Shown: one piece after another, positions 29,614-40,478 of the stretch
How positions within the stretch are numbered: position 1 is the first letter of the stretch
Layout: the number at the start of each line of letters is the position of its first letter
From: Alphaproteobacteria bacterium
GTDB lineage: Bacteria; Pseudomonadota; Alphaproteobacteria; UBA828
Assembly: GCA_965214705.1 (NCBI GenBank)
Contig: OZ243972.1
Span: 800,001 to 864,000 of the forward strand
Reading direction: 5' to 3'
DNA length: 64,000 nt
The notes under the pieces: model-generated
What the model saw: the letters and a program-made list of their open reading frames with translations, nothing else
Told to the model about the DNA's origin: nothing
The model's database searches: none
Made by a program: the position numbers and the translations under genes

Positions 29614-30807
29614 ATGACCCGCTCCGGCGCCCGCGACGTGGCGCTCCTCGCCATCTGCCAGGCGCTCTTCCTCACCTCGATGTCCGCGGTGGTTGCCGCG
29701 GCCGCCCTGATCGGGCACCAGCTCGCCGATACCAAGGTGCTGGCGACGCTCCCCATCGGCATCCAGTTCGTGATGACGATGGTGGCGACGGTACCGGCAT
29801 CGCTCCTCATGAAGCACATCGGGCGGCGCGACGGCTTCACCGTGGGCGCCACCATCGGGCTTGCTGGCGCGCTCCTGGGCCTCTGGGCGATCATGGAGGC
29901 GAGCTTCACGCTCTTCTGTGTCGGCCTCGCGCTGGTCGGCGCAGCCAACGGCTTCGCCCAGTACTATCGCTTTGCCGCGGCGGACGCAGCGAGCGAGGCC
30001 TTCAGGAGCCGAGCGATCTCGCTGGTGCTGGCGGGCGGCGTGATCGCCTCGATAGGCCCCCTGCTCGCCGACTGGTCCAAGGACCTCTTCGCGCCGATCG
30101 CGTTCGCGGGCGTGTTCGCCACCATGGCCGCGCTTTACGTGGCCACGCTCGTGGTCCTTCGTTTCATCACCATTCCGCCGCCGGACGAGGAGGAGCGCAG
30201 CACTTCGGGCCGACCCCTGCTCACGATCATGCGCCAGCCGACATTCATCATCGCCGTGCTCGGCTCCCTCGTCGGCTATGCGATGATGTCGCTGCTGATG
30301 ACCGCGACGCCGCTCGCCATGAAGTACTGCGGCTTCGGCTTCTCCGACTCGGCGCAGACGATCCAGTGGCACGTGCTCGGCATGTTCGCGCCCGCCTTCG
30401 TCACCGGCCATCTGATCAAGCGCTTCGGCACGAAGACGATCATGGCCTGCGGCGCGCTGCTGATCGGGCTCTGCGCCGCGTCCAACCTCCATGGCGTCGC
30501 ACTGCTCAACTTCCATGTCGCCCTGGTCCTACTGGGCGTGGGCTGGAATTTCCTCTTCACCGGCGGCACGACGCTCATAACCGAGATTCACAGCCCGGCG
30601 GAGAAGGCGAAGACGCAAGCGGCCCACGACTTCACCGTGTTCACCGGCGTTGCGGCGGCGGCGCTGCTCTCCGGTGCGCTGCACGAGGCAGTGGGCTGGC
30701 AGACGATGAACTACGCGGTGCTGCCGTTCCTCGCCGCGGTGCTGATCGGGCTCGTCTGGCTCGGGCTCAGCGGGCGAAGGGCCACCGCTTCGTCGGCGGC
30801 CGAATAG
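29614..30807 (+). CDS. MFS transporter
   Basis: About 12 TM segments, IGRRDGF, YYRFAAAD, IQWHVLGMFAP, GVGWNFLF. Confidence 0.9.
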   Translation: MTRSGARDVALLAICQALFLTSMSAVVAAAALIGHQLADTKVLATLPIGIQFVMTMVATVPASLLMKHIGRRDGFTVGATIGLAGALLGLWAIMEASFTLFCVGLALVGAANGFAQYYRFAAADAASEAFRSRAISLVLAGGVIASIGPLLADWSKDLFAPIAFAGVFATMAALYVATLVVLRFITIPPPDEEERSTSGRPLLTIMRQPTFIIAVLGSLVGYAMMSLLMTATPLAMKYCGFGFSDSAQTIQWHVLGMFAPAFVTGHLIKRFGTKTIMACGALLIGLCAASNLHGVALLNFHVALVLLGVGWNFLFTGGTTLITEIHSPAEKAKTQAAHDFTVFTGVAAAALLSGALHEAVGWQTMNYAVLPFLAAVLIGLVWLGLSGRRATASSAAE

Positions 30808-30825
30808 ACGCCTCTCGGCGCCGAG

Positions 30826-31071
30826 CTAACCGCCGCCGATCCGGGGCAGGAAGCAGACCTCGCTCTCGGGCGCGACCGCTGCGAACAGGTCGTCCTGATG
30901 GATGTGGCCGTCCACCGCGACGGCCATGCCCTCCTCCAGCTCGCGCCCGATGCCCGCGTAGCGGGCCTCGAGCGCGCGGATCACGCCGCGAATATCGGTC
31001 GCCTCGACCTCTAGCTCGGTCACCCCGCCCGTGTAGCGGGCGAGACTCGAAGGCAGGACGACCCGCGCCAA
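30826..31071 (-). CDS. MoaD/ThiS family sulfur-carrier protein
   Basis: 81 aa beta-grasp protein ending in GGG. Confidence 0.85.
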   Translation of the reverse strand: MARVVLPSSLARYTGGVTELEVEATDIRGVIRALEARYAGIGRELEEGMAVAVDGHIHQDDLFAAVAPESEVCFLPRIGGG

Positions 31072-31075
31072 CGGG

Positions 31076-33367
31076 TCAGGCGCCGCCGTTGTCGAGCGCT
31101 TCGAGCAGGCGCGGCGGCGACATCGGCAGGTCGGTCATGCGTATGCCGGTCGCGTTCTCGATCGCGTTGGCGACCGCCGCCATCGGCGGCACGATCGGCG
31201 TCTCGCCGACGCCGCGCACGCCGTACGGGTGGTTCGGGTTCGGCACCTCGACGATGACCGCGTCGATCATCGGCAGATCGGAGGCCACCGGCATGCGGTA
31301 ATCGAGGAAGCCCGGATTTTCGAGCCGGCCATCCTTGTCGTAGATGTACTCCTCGTTGAGCGCCCAGCCGATGCCCTGGGCGGCGCCGCCCTGAATCTGG
31401 CCCTCGACGTAGCTCGGATGGACCGCCTTGCCTGCGTCCTGCACCGCGGTATAGCGCAGTACGGTGACGCGTCCGGTCTCGCGGTCGACCTCGACGTCGC
31501 ACACGTGGGTGCCGAAGCCGGGGCCGGCGCCTTGCGCGTTGATGGAGGCGGTCGCCGCGATCGGGCCGCCGGTCTTGCCCGCCTGGGCCGCGATCTCGGC
31601 CATGCTCATAGGCTCGAAATCACCGGCGTTGCTGCCCGAGGGCTTGGCATAACCGTCTTCCCACTCGACCGCCTCGACCGGGATGTCCCAGATCTTGGCG
31701 GCACGCTCGCGCAACTGCTCAACGACCTTGCCCGCCGCATCGATCGCCGCCATGCCGGTGGCGAAGGTCACGCGGCTGCCACCGGTGAGGAAGGTGTAGC
31801 CGATGGTGTCGGTATCGGCGACCAGCGGACGCACTCTCTCCGGCGGAATGCCGAGCGCTTCCGCCGCCTGCAGCTGGATGGAAGCGCGCGAGCCGCCGAT
31901 GTCGGGGTTGCCCTCGATCACCGTCGCCGTGCCATCCTCGTTGACGTTGATGGTGGCGCAGGATTCGCCGCCGATGTTGAACCAGAAGCCGGTGGCGATG
32001 CCGCGGCCCTGGTTGGGACCGAGCGGGATACTGTAGTGCTCGCTGTTGCGCGCGGCCTCCAGGGTCTCGATGCAACCGACCGGGCCGAACTTGGGCCCGT
32101 AGAGCGCACGGGTGCCCTCCTTCGCCGCGTTCATCAGGCGGAACTCGGCCGGGTCGATGTCGAGCTTCTTCGCGATCTCGTCGACCACCCCTTCGGCGGC
32201 GAACTCGGAGATCGGTGCCCCCGGCGCGCGGTAGGCGGCCACCTTGGGCCGGTTCACCACCACGTCGTAGCCCTCGACCTCGGCGTTCTCGATGTCGTAG
32301 GGCGCGAAGACGCACATGCAGCCGGGCTGGATCGGCGAGCCGGGGAAGGCGCCCGCCTGATAGGCAAGCCACGCCTTGGCGGCGGTGATCTTGCCGTCCT
32401 TGGTGGCGCCCATCTTGATCGTCATGGCACCGCCAGAGGTCGGACCGCTCGCGCGGAAGACCTCCTCGCGCGACATCACGATCTTGACCGGCCGGCCGGC
32501 AAGCTGCGAGAGCCGGAGCGCGACGGGCTCCAGATAGACCACGGTCTTGCCGCCGAAGCCGCCGCCGATCTCCGACGGGGTCACGCGGATGTTGCCGATG
32601 TCGATGCCGAGCAGGTTGGCGCAGTAGGCGCGGACGGTGAACTGCCCCTGGGTGCAGCACCAGACCTCGCACTGGCCGTCCTCGCCGGCGCTGGCGACCA
32701 CCGCGTGCGGCTCGATATAGCCCTGATGCACCGGCTTGGTGGTGAAGGTGCGCTCGACGATCACGTCGGCCTCGGCGAATCCCTTATCCAGATCGCCGCT
32801 CTGGAAGTGCACCTTCTTGAAGACGTTGGACGGCGTCTCCGGCGTGGGCTCCACGCCCTGGGTGAACATGTCGTCATGCAGGACGGGCGCGTCTGGCTGC
32901 ATCGCGTCGCGCACGTCGATCACGTGCGGCAGCACCTCGTAGTCCACCTCGATCAGGTCCAACGCCTGCTTGGCGATGGCCGCCGTGGTCGCCGCCACTG
33001 CGGCAACGGCATGGCCGTCATAGAGCGCCTTCTCCCGCGCCATCACGTTCTGCGACATGTCGCGGTAGTTGACCTGCACCTCGCCCGCTGGCACCCACTG
33101 GGAGGGCACCTCGGGCATCTCGTCGCGGGTGACGACCGCCTTCACGCCGGGGAGCGCGCGGGCCTTCGACGCATCGATGGAGCGGATGCGCGCGTGCGCA
33201 TGGGGGCTGCGCAGCACCCGGCCCACCAGCATGCCCGGCAGCGAGAGGTCCGCGCCGAACTTGGCCCTGCCGGTCACCTTGTCGACGCCGTCCGGGCGCC
33301 ACGGCCGCGTGCCGACGTACTTGAGCGAGCCGTTGCCGTTACCGATCTCCTGCTTGGCGGTTGCCAT
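31076..33367 (-). CDS. Xanthine dehydrogenase family molybdopterin-binding large subunit
   Basis: DKVTGRA, RSPHAHA, IGGGFGGK, AYRAPG, GQIQGG, RGVGE. Confidence 0.93.
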   Translation of the reverse strand: MATAKQEIGNGNGSLKYVGTRPWRPDGVDKVTGRAKFGADLSLPGMLVGRVLRSPHAHARIRSIDASKARALPGVKAVVTRDEMPEVPSQWVPAGEVQVNYRDMSQNVMAREKALYDGHAVAAVAATTAAIAKQALDLIEVDYEVLPHVIDVRDAMQPDAPVLHDDMFTQGVEPTPETPSNVFKKVHFQSGDLDKGFAEADVIVERTFTTKPVHQGYIEPHAVVASAGEDGQCEVWCCTQGQFTVRAYCANLLGIDIGNIRVTPSEIGGGFGGKTVVYLEPVALRLSQLAGRPVKIVMSREEVFRASGPTSGGAMTIKMGATKDGKITAAKAWLAYQAGAFPGSPIQPGCMCVFAPYDIENAEVEGYDVVVNRPKVAAYRAPGAPISEFAAEGVVDEIAKKLDIDPAEFRLMNAAKEGTRALYGPKFGPVGCIETLEAARNSEHYSIPLGPNQGRGIATGFWFNIGGESCATINVNEDGTATVIEGNPDIGGSRASIQLQAAEALGIPPERVRPLVADTDTIGYTFLTGGSRVTFATGMAAIDAAGKVVEQLRERAAKIWDIPVEAVEWEDGYAKPSGSNAGDFEPMSMAEIAAQAGKTGGPIAATASINAQGAGPGFGTHVCDVEVDRETGRVTVLRYTAVQDAGKAVHPSYVEGQIQGGAAQGIGWALNEEYIYDKDGRLENPGFLDYRMPVASDLPMIDAVIVEVPNPNHPYGVRGVGETPIVPPMAAVANAIENATGIRMTDLPMSPPRLLEALDNGGA

Positions 33368-33370
33368 GAG

Positions 33371-33847
33371 CTATTCTCCCCTCAGCTCCGCCGCCGTCGT
33401 CATCACGGCGCGGATGATCTTGTCGTAGCCTGTACAGCGACAGAGATTGCCGGCCAGCCAGTAGCGCGCTTCCGTCTCGGTCGGGTCCGGGTTCTCTTCG
33501 AGCAGCGCCTTGGCGGCGACGAGGAAGCCCGGCGTGCAGATGCCGCATTGCAGCGCGGCATCCTCCAGGAATTGGCGCTGCAAGGGATGCAGCGTGTCGC
33601 CGTCGGCCATGCCCTCGATGGTGCCGATCTCGCGCCCCTCGGCCTCGGTGCCGAGCATGAGGCAGGAGCACACCAGAGTGCCGTCCACGGTCACGCTGCA
33701 GGCGCCGCAGTCGCCGGTGGCGCAGCCTTCCTTGGTGCCGGTGAGCTCCAGCTCGTCGCGCAGCACGTCGAGCAGGGTCTGCTCGCCTGAGCAGAGGAAC
33801 TCGGTCGGCTCGCCGTTGACGCTGGTGGTTACATGATACTTGGCCAT
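33371..33847 (-). CDS. (2Fe-2S)-binding small subunit (CoxS-like)
   Basis: GTKEGCATGDCGAC, QCGICTPG, GNLCRCTGY. Confidence 0.95.
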   Translation of the reverse strand: MAKYHVTTSVNGEPTEFLCSGEQTLLDVLRDELELTGTKEGCATGDCGACSVTVDGTLVCSCLMLGTEAEGREIGTIEGMADGDTLHPLQRQFLEDAALQCGICTPGFLVAAKALLEENPDPTETEARYWLAGNLCRCTGYDKIIRAVMTTAAELRGE

Positions 33848-34719
33848 CAGCCGTTGCTCCTCGCGCGCTCCAGGGCGATGAGCGCGGCGCGTCTCGCCAG
33901 CACCCCCGCCACCTTGACCCGGTATTCGATGGTCCCGCGCTTGTCGTCGATGGGATTGCAGGCGGCGCTCGCGGCGGCCGCAAGGTTGGCCAGCGCGTCG
34001 TCGTCCACCTTCGTGCCGATCAGCGCCTTGGCGCCGTCCTCGACCAGCAGCGGCGTGGGCGCAACCGCGCCGAGGCCGAGCCTTGCGTGGGTGCAGACGC
34101 CCGCCTCGTCGAGCGTGAGCGCGACGCCGGCGCCGACCACGGCGATGTCCATCTCGGTGCGCGGAATGAAGCGCAGGTAGGCATCGCCCGAACGCGGCGG
34201 CGGCTTGGGCATGACGAAGGAGACCACGATCTCGCCCGGACCGAGGCAGAGTTGGCCGGGCCCCGTGATCACGTCCTCCACCGGGACTGAGCGGGCGCCG
34301 TTCGGGCCCGCGACCTCGCACACGGCGCCTGCGGCGATCAGTGCCGGCACGCTATCGGCGGCGGGCGAGCCGTTGCAGAGGTTGCCGCCGAGCGAGGCGC
34401 GCCCCTGAATCTGGGTCGAGCCGATCAGCTCCAACGCCTCCACCACGCCCGGCCACGCGGCCTTCACGGTCTCGTTCTTGCCGAGCGTCGCGCCGGAGAC
34501 CGCCGCGCCGACGCGAATATCATCGCCGTTCACCGTCACGTCCATGAGCGCCGGGATACGCTTCAAATCGACGATGAGGCCGGGCCGGACAAAATCGGTG
34601 CGCAGCTGAACCAGGAGGTCGGTGCCGCCGGCGAGCGGCATGGCCTCGCTGTCGGCATCGGCGAGGAGCCGGACGGCGTCCTCGACCGTCTCGGGCGCCT
34701 CGAATTGTAGACTGCTCAT
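33847..34719 (-). CDS. FAD-binding medium subunit (CoxM-like)
   Basis: LAGGTDLL, QIQGRASLGGNLCNGSPAAD, DDKRGT.EYR. Confidence 0.93.
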   Translation of the reverse strand: MSSLQFEAPETVEDAVRLLADADSEAMPLAGGTDLLVQLRTDFVRPGLIVDLKRIPALMDVTVNGDDIRVGAAVSGATLGKNETVKAAWPGVVEALELIGSTQIQGRASLGGNLCNGSPAADSVPALIAAGAVCEVAGPNGARSVPVEDVITGPGQLCLGPGEIVVSFVMPKPPPRSGDAYLRFIPRTEMDIAVVGAGVALTLDEAGVCTHARLGLGAVAPTPLLVEDGAKALIGTKVDDDALANLAAAASAACNPIDDKRGTIEYRVKVAGVLARRAALIALERARSNG

Positions 34720-34925
34720 GTGCGGGGGGTTCCTCCTGTTGCCGCGGCACCTAGTGGGCGCCTACTTTTACCCGAAAAGGCGCAGCGGTTCACAGGGGCA
34801 AAATGGTGGCCACGACCGGCCCTCGTCCGTGCCTGCGCCTTGCGGCCGGCGGCCCCCGCCGTCTACCCTTGCGCGAAGGACACATGACCAAGGACGGGCA
34901 CCTGGGAGAGTGGGAGCCCAGCCGC

Positions 34926-37070
34926 ATGACTGACTCCATCGAAAAGACCGTCGCCGACTGGGAAGCCTTGGCTGCGGCTGAGCTCAAGGGCAGAGACCCG
35001 GAAGAGCTCGCCTGGGAGACGCCCGAGGGCATCACGGTCAAGCCGCTCTACACCGCGGCCGACCTGGAGGCGCTGGAGGACCAGCCGGGTTTGCCGGGCT
35101 TCGCCCCCTACACGCGGGGCGTGCGCGCCACCATGTTCGCCAACCGGCCGTGGACCATTCGTCAATATGCGGGCTTCGCCACCGCCGAGGAGTCCAACGC
35201 CTTCTACAAGCGCAACCTCGCGGCCGGGCAGAAGGGGCTCTCCGTCGCCTTCGATCTCGCAACCCACCGGGGCTACGACAGCGACCATCCCAGGGTGCGC
35301 GGCGACGTGGGCAAGGCGGGCGTCGCCATCGACACCGTGGAGGACATGAAGCGCCTCTTCGACGGCATTCCCCTGGGCGATGTCAGCGTCTCCATGACCA
35401 TGAACGGGGCGGTGTTGCCGGTGCTGGCGGCCTACATCGTCGCGGCGGAGGAGCAGGGGGTCGGCGCGGGTAAGCTCGCCGGGACCATCCAGAACGATAT
35501 CCTCAAGGAGTTCATGGTCCGCAACACCTACATCTATCCGCCCGAGCCCAGCATGCGCATCGTGGCCGACATCATCGCGTACACGGCCGGGCACATGCCG
35601 CGCTTCAACTCGATCTCGATCTCCGGCTACCACATGCAGGAGGCCGGCGCGACGCTGGTGCAGGAGCTCGGTTTCACGCTGGCCGACGGCCTCGACTACG
35701 TGCGCGCCGCGCTCTCGCGCGGCCTCGCCATCGACGACTTCGCGCCTCGGCTGTCGTTCTTCTTCTGCATCGGCATGAACTTCTTCATGGAGGTCGCCAA
35801 GCTGCGGGCCGCGAGGCTGCTTTGGGCGCGCTACATGCAAGGCTTCGGGGCTGAGAACCCGCGCTCGCTCATGCTGAGGACCCATTGCCAGACCTCGGGC
35901 GTCTCGCTCGCCGAGCAGGATCCGTACAACAACGTGGTTCGCACGGCCTACGAGGCGCTGGCGGCGGTGCTCGGCGGCACCCAGTCGCTCCACACCAACG
36001 CACTCGACGAGGCGGTGGCGCTGCCGACCGATTTCTCGGCCCGGATCGCGCGCAACACCCAGCTTATCCTGCAGCACGAGACCGGCGTGCCCCGCGTCGT
36101 GGACCCGTTGGGAGGCTCCTACTACGTGGAGGCGCTTACCGTCTCGCTCGCGCGCGAGGCGCAGGCACTGATTGACGAGGTCGAGGAGCTGGGCGGCATG
36201 ACCAAGGCGGTGGCCGCCGGCATGCCCAAGCTCCGCATCGAGGAGGCCGCCGCCCGCCGGCAGGCGCGGCTCGACCGGGCCGAGGACGTGGTCGTCGGCG
36301 TCAACCGCTACCAATCGGAGGCGGACGACATGCCGGCGCTGCTCGATGTGGACAACGTCGCGGTGCGGGAGGCCCAGATCGCGCGGATTAATGACGTCCG
36401 CGCCGCACGGGACGAGGCGGCTTGCCAGGCGACGCTTGACAAGCTCACCGAGGGCGCGCGCGGCGACGGCAACCTGCTGGCGCTCTCCGTGGACGCGATC
36501 CGGGCGCGCGCCACGGTCGGCGAGGTCTCGGATGCGATGGAGGCGGCGTTCACGCGCCACCGCGCGACCGTGCGCACGGTCTCCGGCGTCTACGGCGCGG
36601 CCTATGCGCAGGACGACGCTTTCCAGACCATCCGGCGTGAGACCGCGCTCTTCGCCGAGGCCGAGGGGCGCCGGCCGCGCATCCTGGTGGTGAAACTCGG
36701 ACAGGACGGGCACGACCGCGGCGCCAAGGTGATCGCGACGGCCTTCGCCGACATCGGCTTCGATGTGGATATCGGCCCGCTGTTCCAGACGCCCGAAGAG
36801 GCCGCCCGCGATGCGCTGGAGAACGACGTGCATGTCGTAGGCGTCTCCAGCCAGGCCGCCGGCCACAAGACCCTGGTGCCGGAGCTGATCGAGGCGCTGC
36901 GGGAAGCCGGCGCGGGCCACGTGGTGGTGGTCTGCGGCGGGGTGATTCCGCCGCAGGACCATGACTTCCTGCACGAGGCCGGGGCTGCGGCCGTCTACGG
37001 CCCCGGCACCAACATCCCGGCCGCCGCGCAGGACATCATGGCGCTGATCCGCCGGCCCGAGGCCGCCTGA
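34926..37070 (+). CDS. scpA: Methylmalonyl-CoA mutase
   Basis: [38 protein letters not shown]12 motif. Confidence 0.95.
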   Translation: MTDSIEKTVADWEALAAAELKGRDPEELAWETPEGITVKPLYTAADLEALEDQPGLPGFAPYTRGVRATMFANRPWTIRQYAGFATAEESNAFYKRNLAAGQKGLSVAFDLATHRGYDSDHPRVRGDVGKAGVAIDTVEDMKRLFDGIPLGDVSVSMTMNGAVLPVLAAYIVAAEEQGVGAGKLAGTIQNDILKEFMVRNTYIYPPEPSMRIVADIIAYTAGHMPRFNSISISGYHMQEAGATLVQELGFTLADGLDYVRAALSRGLAIDDFAPRLSFFFCIGMNFFMEVAKLRAARLLWARYMQGFGAENPRSLMLRTHCQTSGVSLAEQDPYNNVVRTAYEALAAVLGGTQSLHTNALDEAVALPTDFSARIARNTQLILQHETGVPRVVDPLGGSYYVEALTVSLAREAQALIDEVEELGGMTKAVAAGMPKLRIEEAAARRQARLDRAEDVVVGVNRYQSEADDMPALLDVDNVAVREAQIARINDVRAARDEAACQATLDKLTEGARGDGNLLALSVDAIRARATVGEVSDAMEAAFTRHRATVRTVSGVYGAAYAQDDAFQTIRRETALFAEAEGRRPRILVVKLGQDGHDRGAKVIATAFADIGFDVDIGPLFQTPEEAARDALENDVHVVGVSSQAAGHKTLVPELIEALREAGAGHVVVVCGGVIPPQDHDFLHEAGAAAVYGPGTNIPAAAQDIMALIRRPEAA

Positions 37071-37177
37071 CGCGCGCCGGCATTTGATCCTCTCCCGCTT
37101 CGTGCTTATGTGACACGCGCACCTAACGCGCTCTGAGCCCCGCAAGCGGCGGGGCCAACGATCAGACTCACGACCCC

Positions 37178-39070
37178 ATGGTTGCTCTCGATCGCGAGGC
37201 CCGCGTGCGGGAAGCGGGAGAACACTCGCACCTGCACACCATTCGCACGCTGCTGCCCTATCTCTGGCCGCGTGGCTCGCTGGAGATGCGGGGCCGCGTG
37301 GTGCTGGCCGTGATCCTCCTCGTCGGCGCGAAGGTCGCGAACGTGTACGTGCCGATCCTCTACAAGGATGCGGTCGATATCCTCTCGGGCGAAACGGCGG
37401 CGGTCATCGTCGTGCCGGTGGCGATCCTGCTGGCCTACGGCGCGCTCCGGGTGCTCACCGTCGCCTTCGGCGAGCTCAGGGATGCGGTCTTCGCCAAGGT
37501 CGGCGAGCGGGCGATCCGCACCGTGGCACTTCAGGTCTTCAACCATCTCCACGAGCTTTCGCTCCGCTTCCATATCGAGCGCCGCACCGGCGGCCTGAGC
37601 CGCGCCATCGAGCGCGGCGTCAAGGGGATCGAGTTCCTGCTCACCTTCATGCTGTTCAACATCCTGCCGACCCTGGTGGAGGTCACCATGGTCTGCGGCA
37701 TCCTCTGGGTCCTCTACGGCGTCACGTACGCTGCGATAACCTTCGTCACCATCGGTTCCTTTATCGCCTTCACCCTCACGGTCACCGAGTGGCGGCTGAA
37801 GTACCGCCGGCGCATGAACGAGAAGGACAGCGAGGCCAACACCAAGGCGATCGACAGCCTGCTCAACTACGAGACGGTCAAGTATTTCGGCAACGAGATG
37901 CACGAGGCGCAGCGCTTCGACATCTCCCGCCGGCAGTACGAACGGGCGGCGGTGCAGAGCAAGACCAGCCTCTCGCTGCTCAACATCGGCCAGGGGATCA
38001 TCGTCGCGACCGGGCTCACCGGCATCACCATCATGGCCGGCTACGAGGTCGCCGCCGGCACCATGACCATCGGCGACTTCGTGCTGGTCAACACATACCT
38101 GCTCCAGCTCTACATCCCCTTGAATTTCCTGGGCTTCGTCTATCGTGAGATCAAGCAGTCGCTCACTGACATGGAGTCGATGTTCGGCATCCTCTCTGTG
38201 GAGCGCGAGATCGAGGACGCGCCGGACGCGCCGCCGCTCCAAGTCACGGCGGGCACCATCGAGTTCGAGGACGTGCGCTTCCGCTACGAGGAGCGGCGCG
38301 GCATCCTCGACGGCATCACCTTCCGCGTACCGCCCGGCACCACCACGGCCATCGTCGGCGCGAGCGGGGCCGGCAAGTCGACCATCTCGCGCATCCTCTT
38401 CCGCTTCTACGACATCGAGGGCGGCAGCGTCAGGATCGACGGGCAGGACGTGCGCGAGGTGAGCCAGGAGAGCCTTCGCGCCGCCATCGGCATCGTTCCG
38501 CAGGACACGGTGCTCTTCAACGACACGATCTACTACAACATCGCCTACGGCAGGCCCGAGGCAAGCCCGGAAGAGGTGGAGGAGGCGGCGCGGCTCGCTC
38601 ACATCCACGACTTCATCGCCGCGTTGCCCGACGGCTACGAGAGCATGGTCGGTGAGCGCGGCCTCAAGCTCTCGGGTGGTGAGAAGCAGCGGGTGGCGAT
38701 TGCGCGCACGATCCTCAAGAATCCCCGTATTCTGCTGTTCGACGAGGCCACCTCGGCGCTCGATTCGCAGACCGAGAAGGAGATTCAGGCGAGTCTGCGG
38801 GAGGTCAGCCGCGACCGCTCGACGCTCATGATCGCGCACCGCCTTTCCACGGTCATCGACGCCGACCAGATCCTTGTGCTGGACGGCGGGCGCATCGTCG
38901 AGCGCGGGCGCCACGCCGAGTTGCTGGTGCGGGACGGCCACTACGCCGAGATGTGGTGGCGCCAGCAGGAGACTGCGGAGCTCAGGGAGGAGCTTGAGCA
39001 ACGGCTCGCTGACGAGGAAGGCCGCGCCGCGGAGACGACGGCAGTGCCCGAGGAGACCCCGGCGCCATGA
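37178..39070 (+). CDS. Atm1/ABCB7-type ABC exporter (permease + NBD)
   Basis: LSLRFHIERRTGG, DSLLNYETVKYF, GASGAGKST, GERGLKLSGGEKQR. Confidence 0.92.
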   Translation: MVALDREARVREAGEHSHLHTIRTLLPYLWPRGSLEMRGRVVLAVILLVGAKVANVYVPILYKDAVDILSGETAAVIVVPVAILLAYGALRVLTVAFGELRDAVFAKVGERAIRTVALQVFNHLHELSLRFHIERRTGGLSRAIERGVKGIEFLLTFMLFNILPTLVEVTMVCGILWVLYGVTYAAITFVTIGSFIAFTLTVTEWRLKYRRRMNEKDSEANTKAIDSLLNYETVKYFGNEMHEAQRFDISRRQYERAAVQSKTSLSLLNIGQGIIVATGLTGITIMAGYEVAAGTMTIGDFVLVNTYLLQLYIPLNFLGFVYREIKQSLTDMESMFGILSVEREIEDAPDAPPLQVTAGTIEFEDVRFRYEERRGILDGITFRVPPGTTTAIVGASGAGKSTISRILFRFYDIEGGSVRIDGQDVREVSQESLRAAIGIVPQDTVLFNDTIYYNIAYGRPEASPEEVEEAARLAHIHDFIAALPDGYESMVGERGLKLSGGEKQRVAIARTILKNPRILLFDEATSALDSQTEKEIQASLREVSRDRSTLMIAHRLSTVIDADQILVLDGGRIVERGRHAELLVRDGHYAEMWWRQQETAELREELEQRLADEEGRAAETTAVPEETPAP

Positions 39071-40065
39071 CCGCGCGCCCGCACGGCCCCGGCCAGGTTC
39101 CGCCGGTGGCGGACATCCTCGCCGGCGACCGGCGAGCGCTGGCGACAGCGATCACGCTCATCGAATCCACGCGGGAGGAAGACCGCGCGGCGGCCGAGGA
39201 CCTGCTCCAGGCGCTGCTGCCGCACGCCGGCACGGCCGTCCGCCTCGGCATCTCGGGCGCGCCAGGGGTCGGCAAGTCGACCTTCATCGAGGCCTTCGGC
39301 ACGCGCGCCATCGCGGCCGGCCGCAGGATCGCGGTGCTCGCGATCGACCCTTCCAGCGAGCGATCGGGCGGCTCGATCCTGGGGGACAAGACCCGGATGC
39401 CGGAGCTCGCGCGGAACGACCAATGCTTCGTCCGTGCCTCGCCGACGGGCGGCACCCTCGGCGGCGTCGCCCGGCGCACGCGCGATGTCATGCTGGCCTG
39501 CGAGGCGGCGGGCTTCGACCTCGTGATGGTGGAGACCGTGGGCGTCGGCCAGTCCGAAGCCGCCGTCGCCGACATGACGGACCTCTACATGCTGCTGGTG
39601 CAGCCCGGTGCCGGCGACGAGCTGCAGGGCATCAAGCGCGGCGTAATGGAGCGCGCCGACATCGTCGTCGTCACCAAGGCCGACGGCGCCCTCGAAGGGC
39701 CCGCCGCCCACGCCAAGGCGGACTTCGAGGCGGCGCTCATGCTCCACGCGGGCGGAGGGCCGTGGACGCCCCGCGTCATCGCCTGCTCGTCGGTCGAGGG
39801 TACGGGCCTCGACGAGATCGCCGACGCGGTCGAGCGGCATCGGACGGTGATGGCGAAGGACGGCGCGCTGGAGGCCAAGCGGGCCGCGCAGGCGGGTGCG
39901 TGGCTCTGGCGCGAGGTCGAGGACTCTCTCGTGGCAGCGCTCCACGCCGACGAGCGACTGGCGCCCGCCGTCGCGGCGCTGGAGGCGGACGTGGCGGCGC
40001 AGACGCTCACCCCCGGCGCTGCCGCCCGCCGCATCGTCCAGCGCCTCCTGGAGCGCGACGCGTAG
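39067..40065 (+). CDS. meaB: Methylmalonyl-CoA mutase-associated GTPase
   Basis: GISGAPGVGKST, DPSS..SGGSILGDKTRM, ETVGVGQSE, GDELQGIKRG. Confidence 0.95.
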   Translation: MTARPHGPGQVPPVADILAGDRRALATAITLIESTREEDRAAAEDLLQALLPHAGTAVRLGISGAPGVGKSTFIEAFGTRAIAAGRRIAVLAIDPSSERSGGSILGDKTRMPELARNDQCFVRASPTGGTLGGVARRTRDVMLACEAAGFDLVMVETVGVGQSEAAVADMTDLYMLLVQPGAGDELQGIKRGVMERADIVVVTKADGALEGPAAHAKADFEAALMLHAGGGPWTPRVIACSSVEGTGLDEIADAVERHRTVMAKDGALEAKRAAQAGAWLWREVEDSLVAALHADERLAPAVAALEADVAAQTLTPGAAARRIVQRLLERDA

Positions 40066-40140
40066 AGCGGCACCGATACCGATCGTCGCACCGAGCCGAC
40101 CGTCCCGCTAGGTTGTACCGGAGAGAATGGGAGACGAACG

Positions 40141-40240
40141 ATGGCGGGGTTCGAGGAATACACGTAGTACGACGGCTTGGGGTTGGCGGCGCTGGTGCGG
40201 CAGGGCGAAGTCTCACCTGACGAGCTGGTCGCCGCCGCCT
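40141..40240 (+). pseudogene. Amidase 5' remnant
   Basis: Translates MAGFEEYT*YDGLGLAALVRQGEVSPDELVAAA, a typical amidase N-terminus with an in-frame TAG, then breaks off. Confidence 0.7.
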
Positions 40241-40316
40241 TTGCTGCGCTGTCCATATCCCGGCCTTTCATCGGTGTCGGGCCGCTCAAGATAGCGGCTC
40301 TCTTGCGAAATTGAAC

Positions 40317-40334
40317 GAAACGTTATATCATTTC
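40317..40334 (+). promoter_or_regulatory. Putative Zur box upstream of the zur-ABC operon
   Basis: GAAACGTTATATCATTTC resembles the alphaproteobacterial Zur consensus and lies directly upstream of zur. Confidence 0.6.
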
Positions 40335-40478
40335 TCTAATGCCTCACAAGTCGAGACAGACGATGACGAAACCGCCGACCCGCCCCCGGTCCTACACTGA
40401 TCTGGATTGCCGCGGGCGGCACTCGGCACGCGAACGGGTCGCGCTCGCGGTATCCATTTGCGAGGGGCGCGGCGTAAA

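Noticed and set aside
31076-34719. Aerobic CO dehydrogenase (coxMSL gene order)
   Set aside because: The active-site loop is AYRAPG, not AYxCSFR (form I) or AYRGAGR (form II); it is a generic XDH-family enzyme
31229-39001. Long antisense ORFs (853, 760 and 631 aa)
   Set aside because: These are typical stop-poor shadows of high-GC genes on the opposite strand
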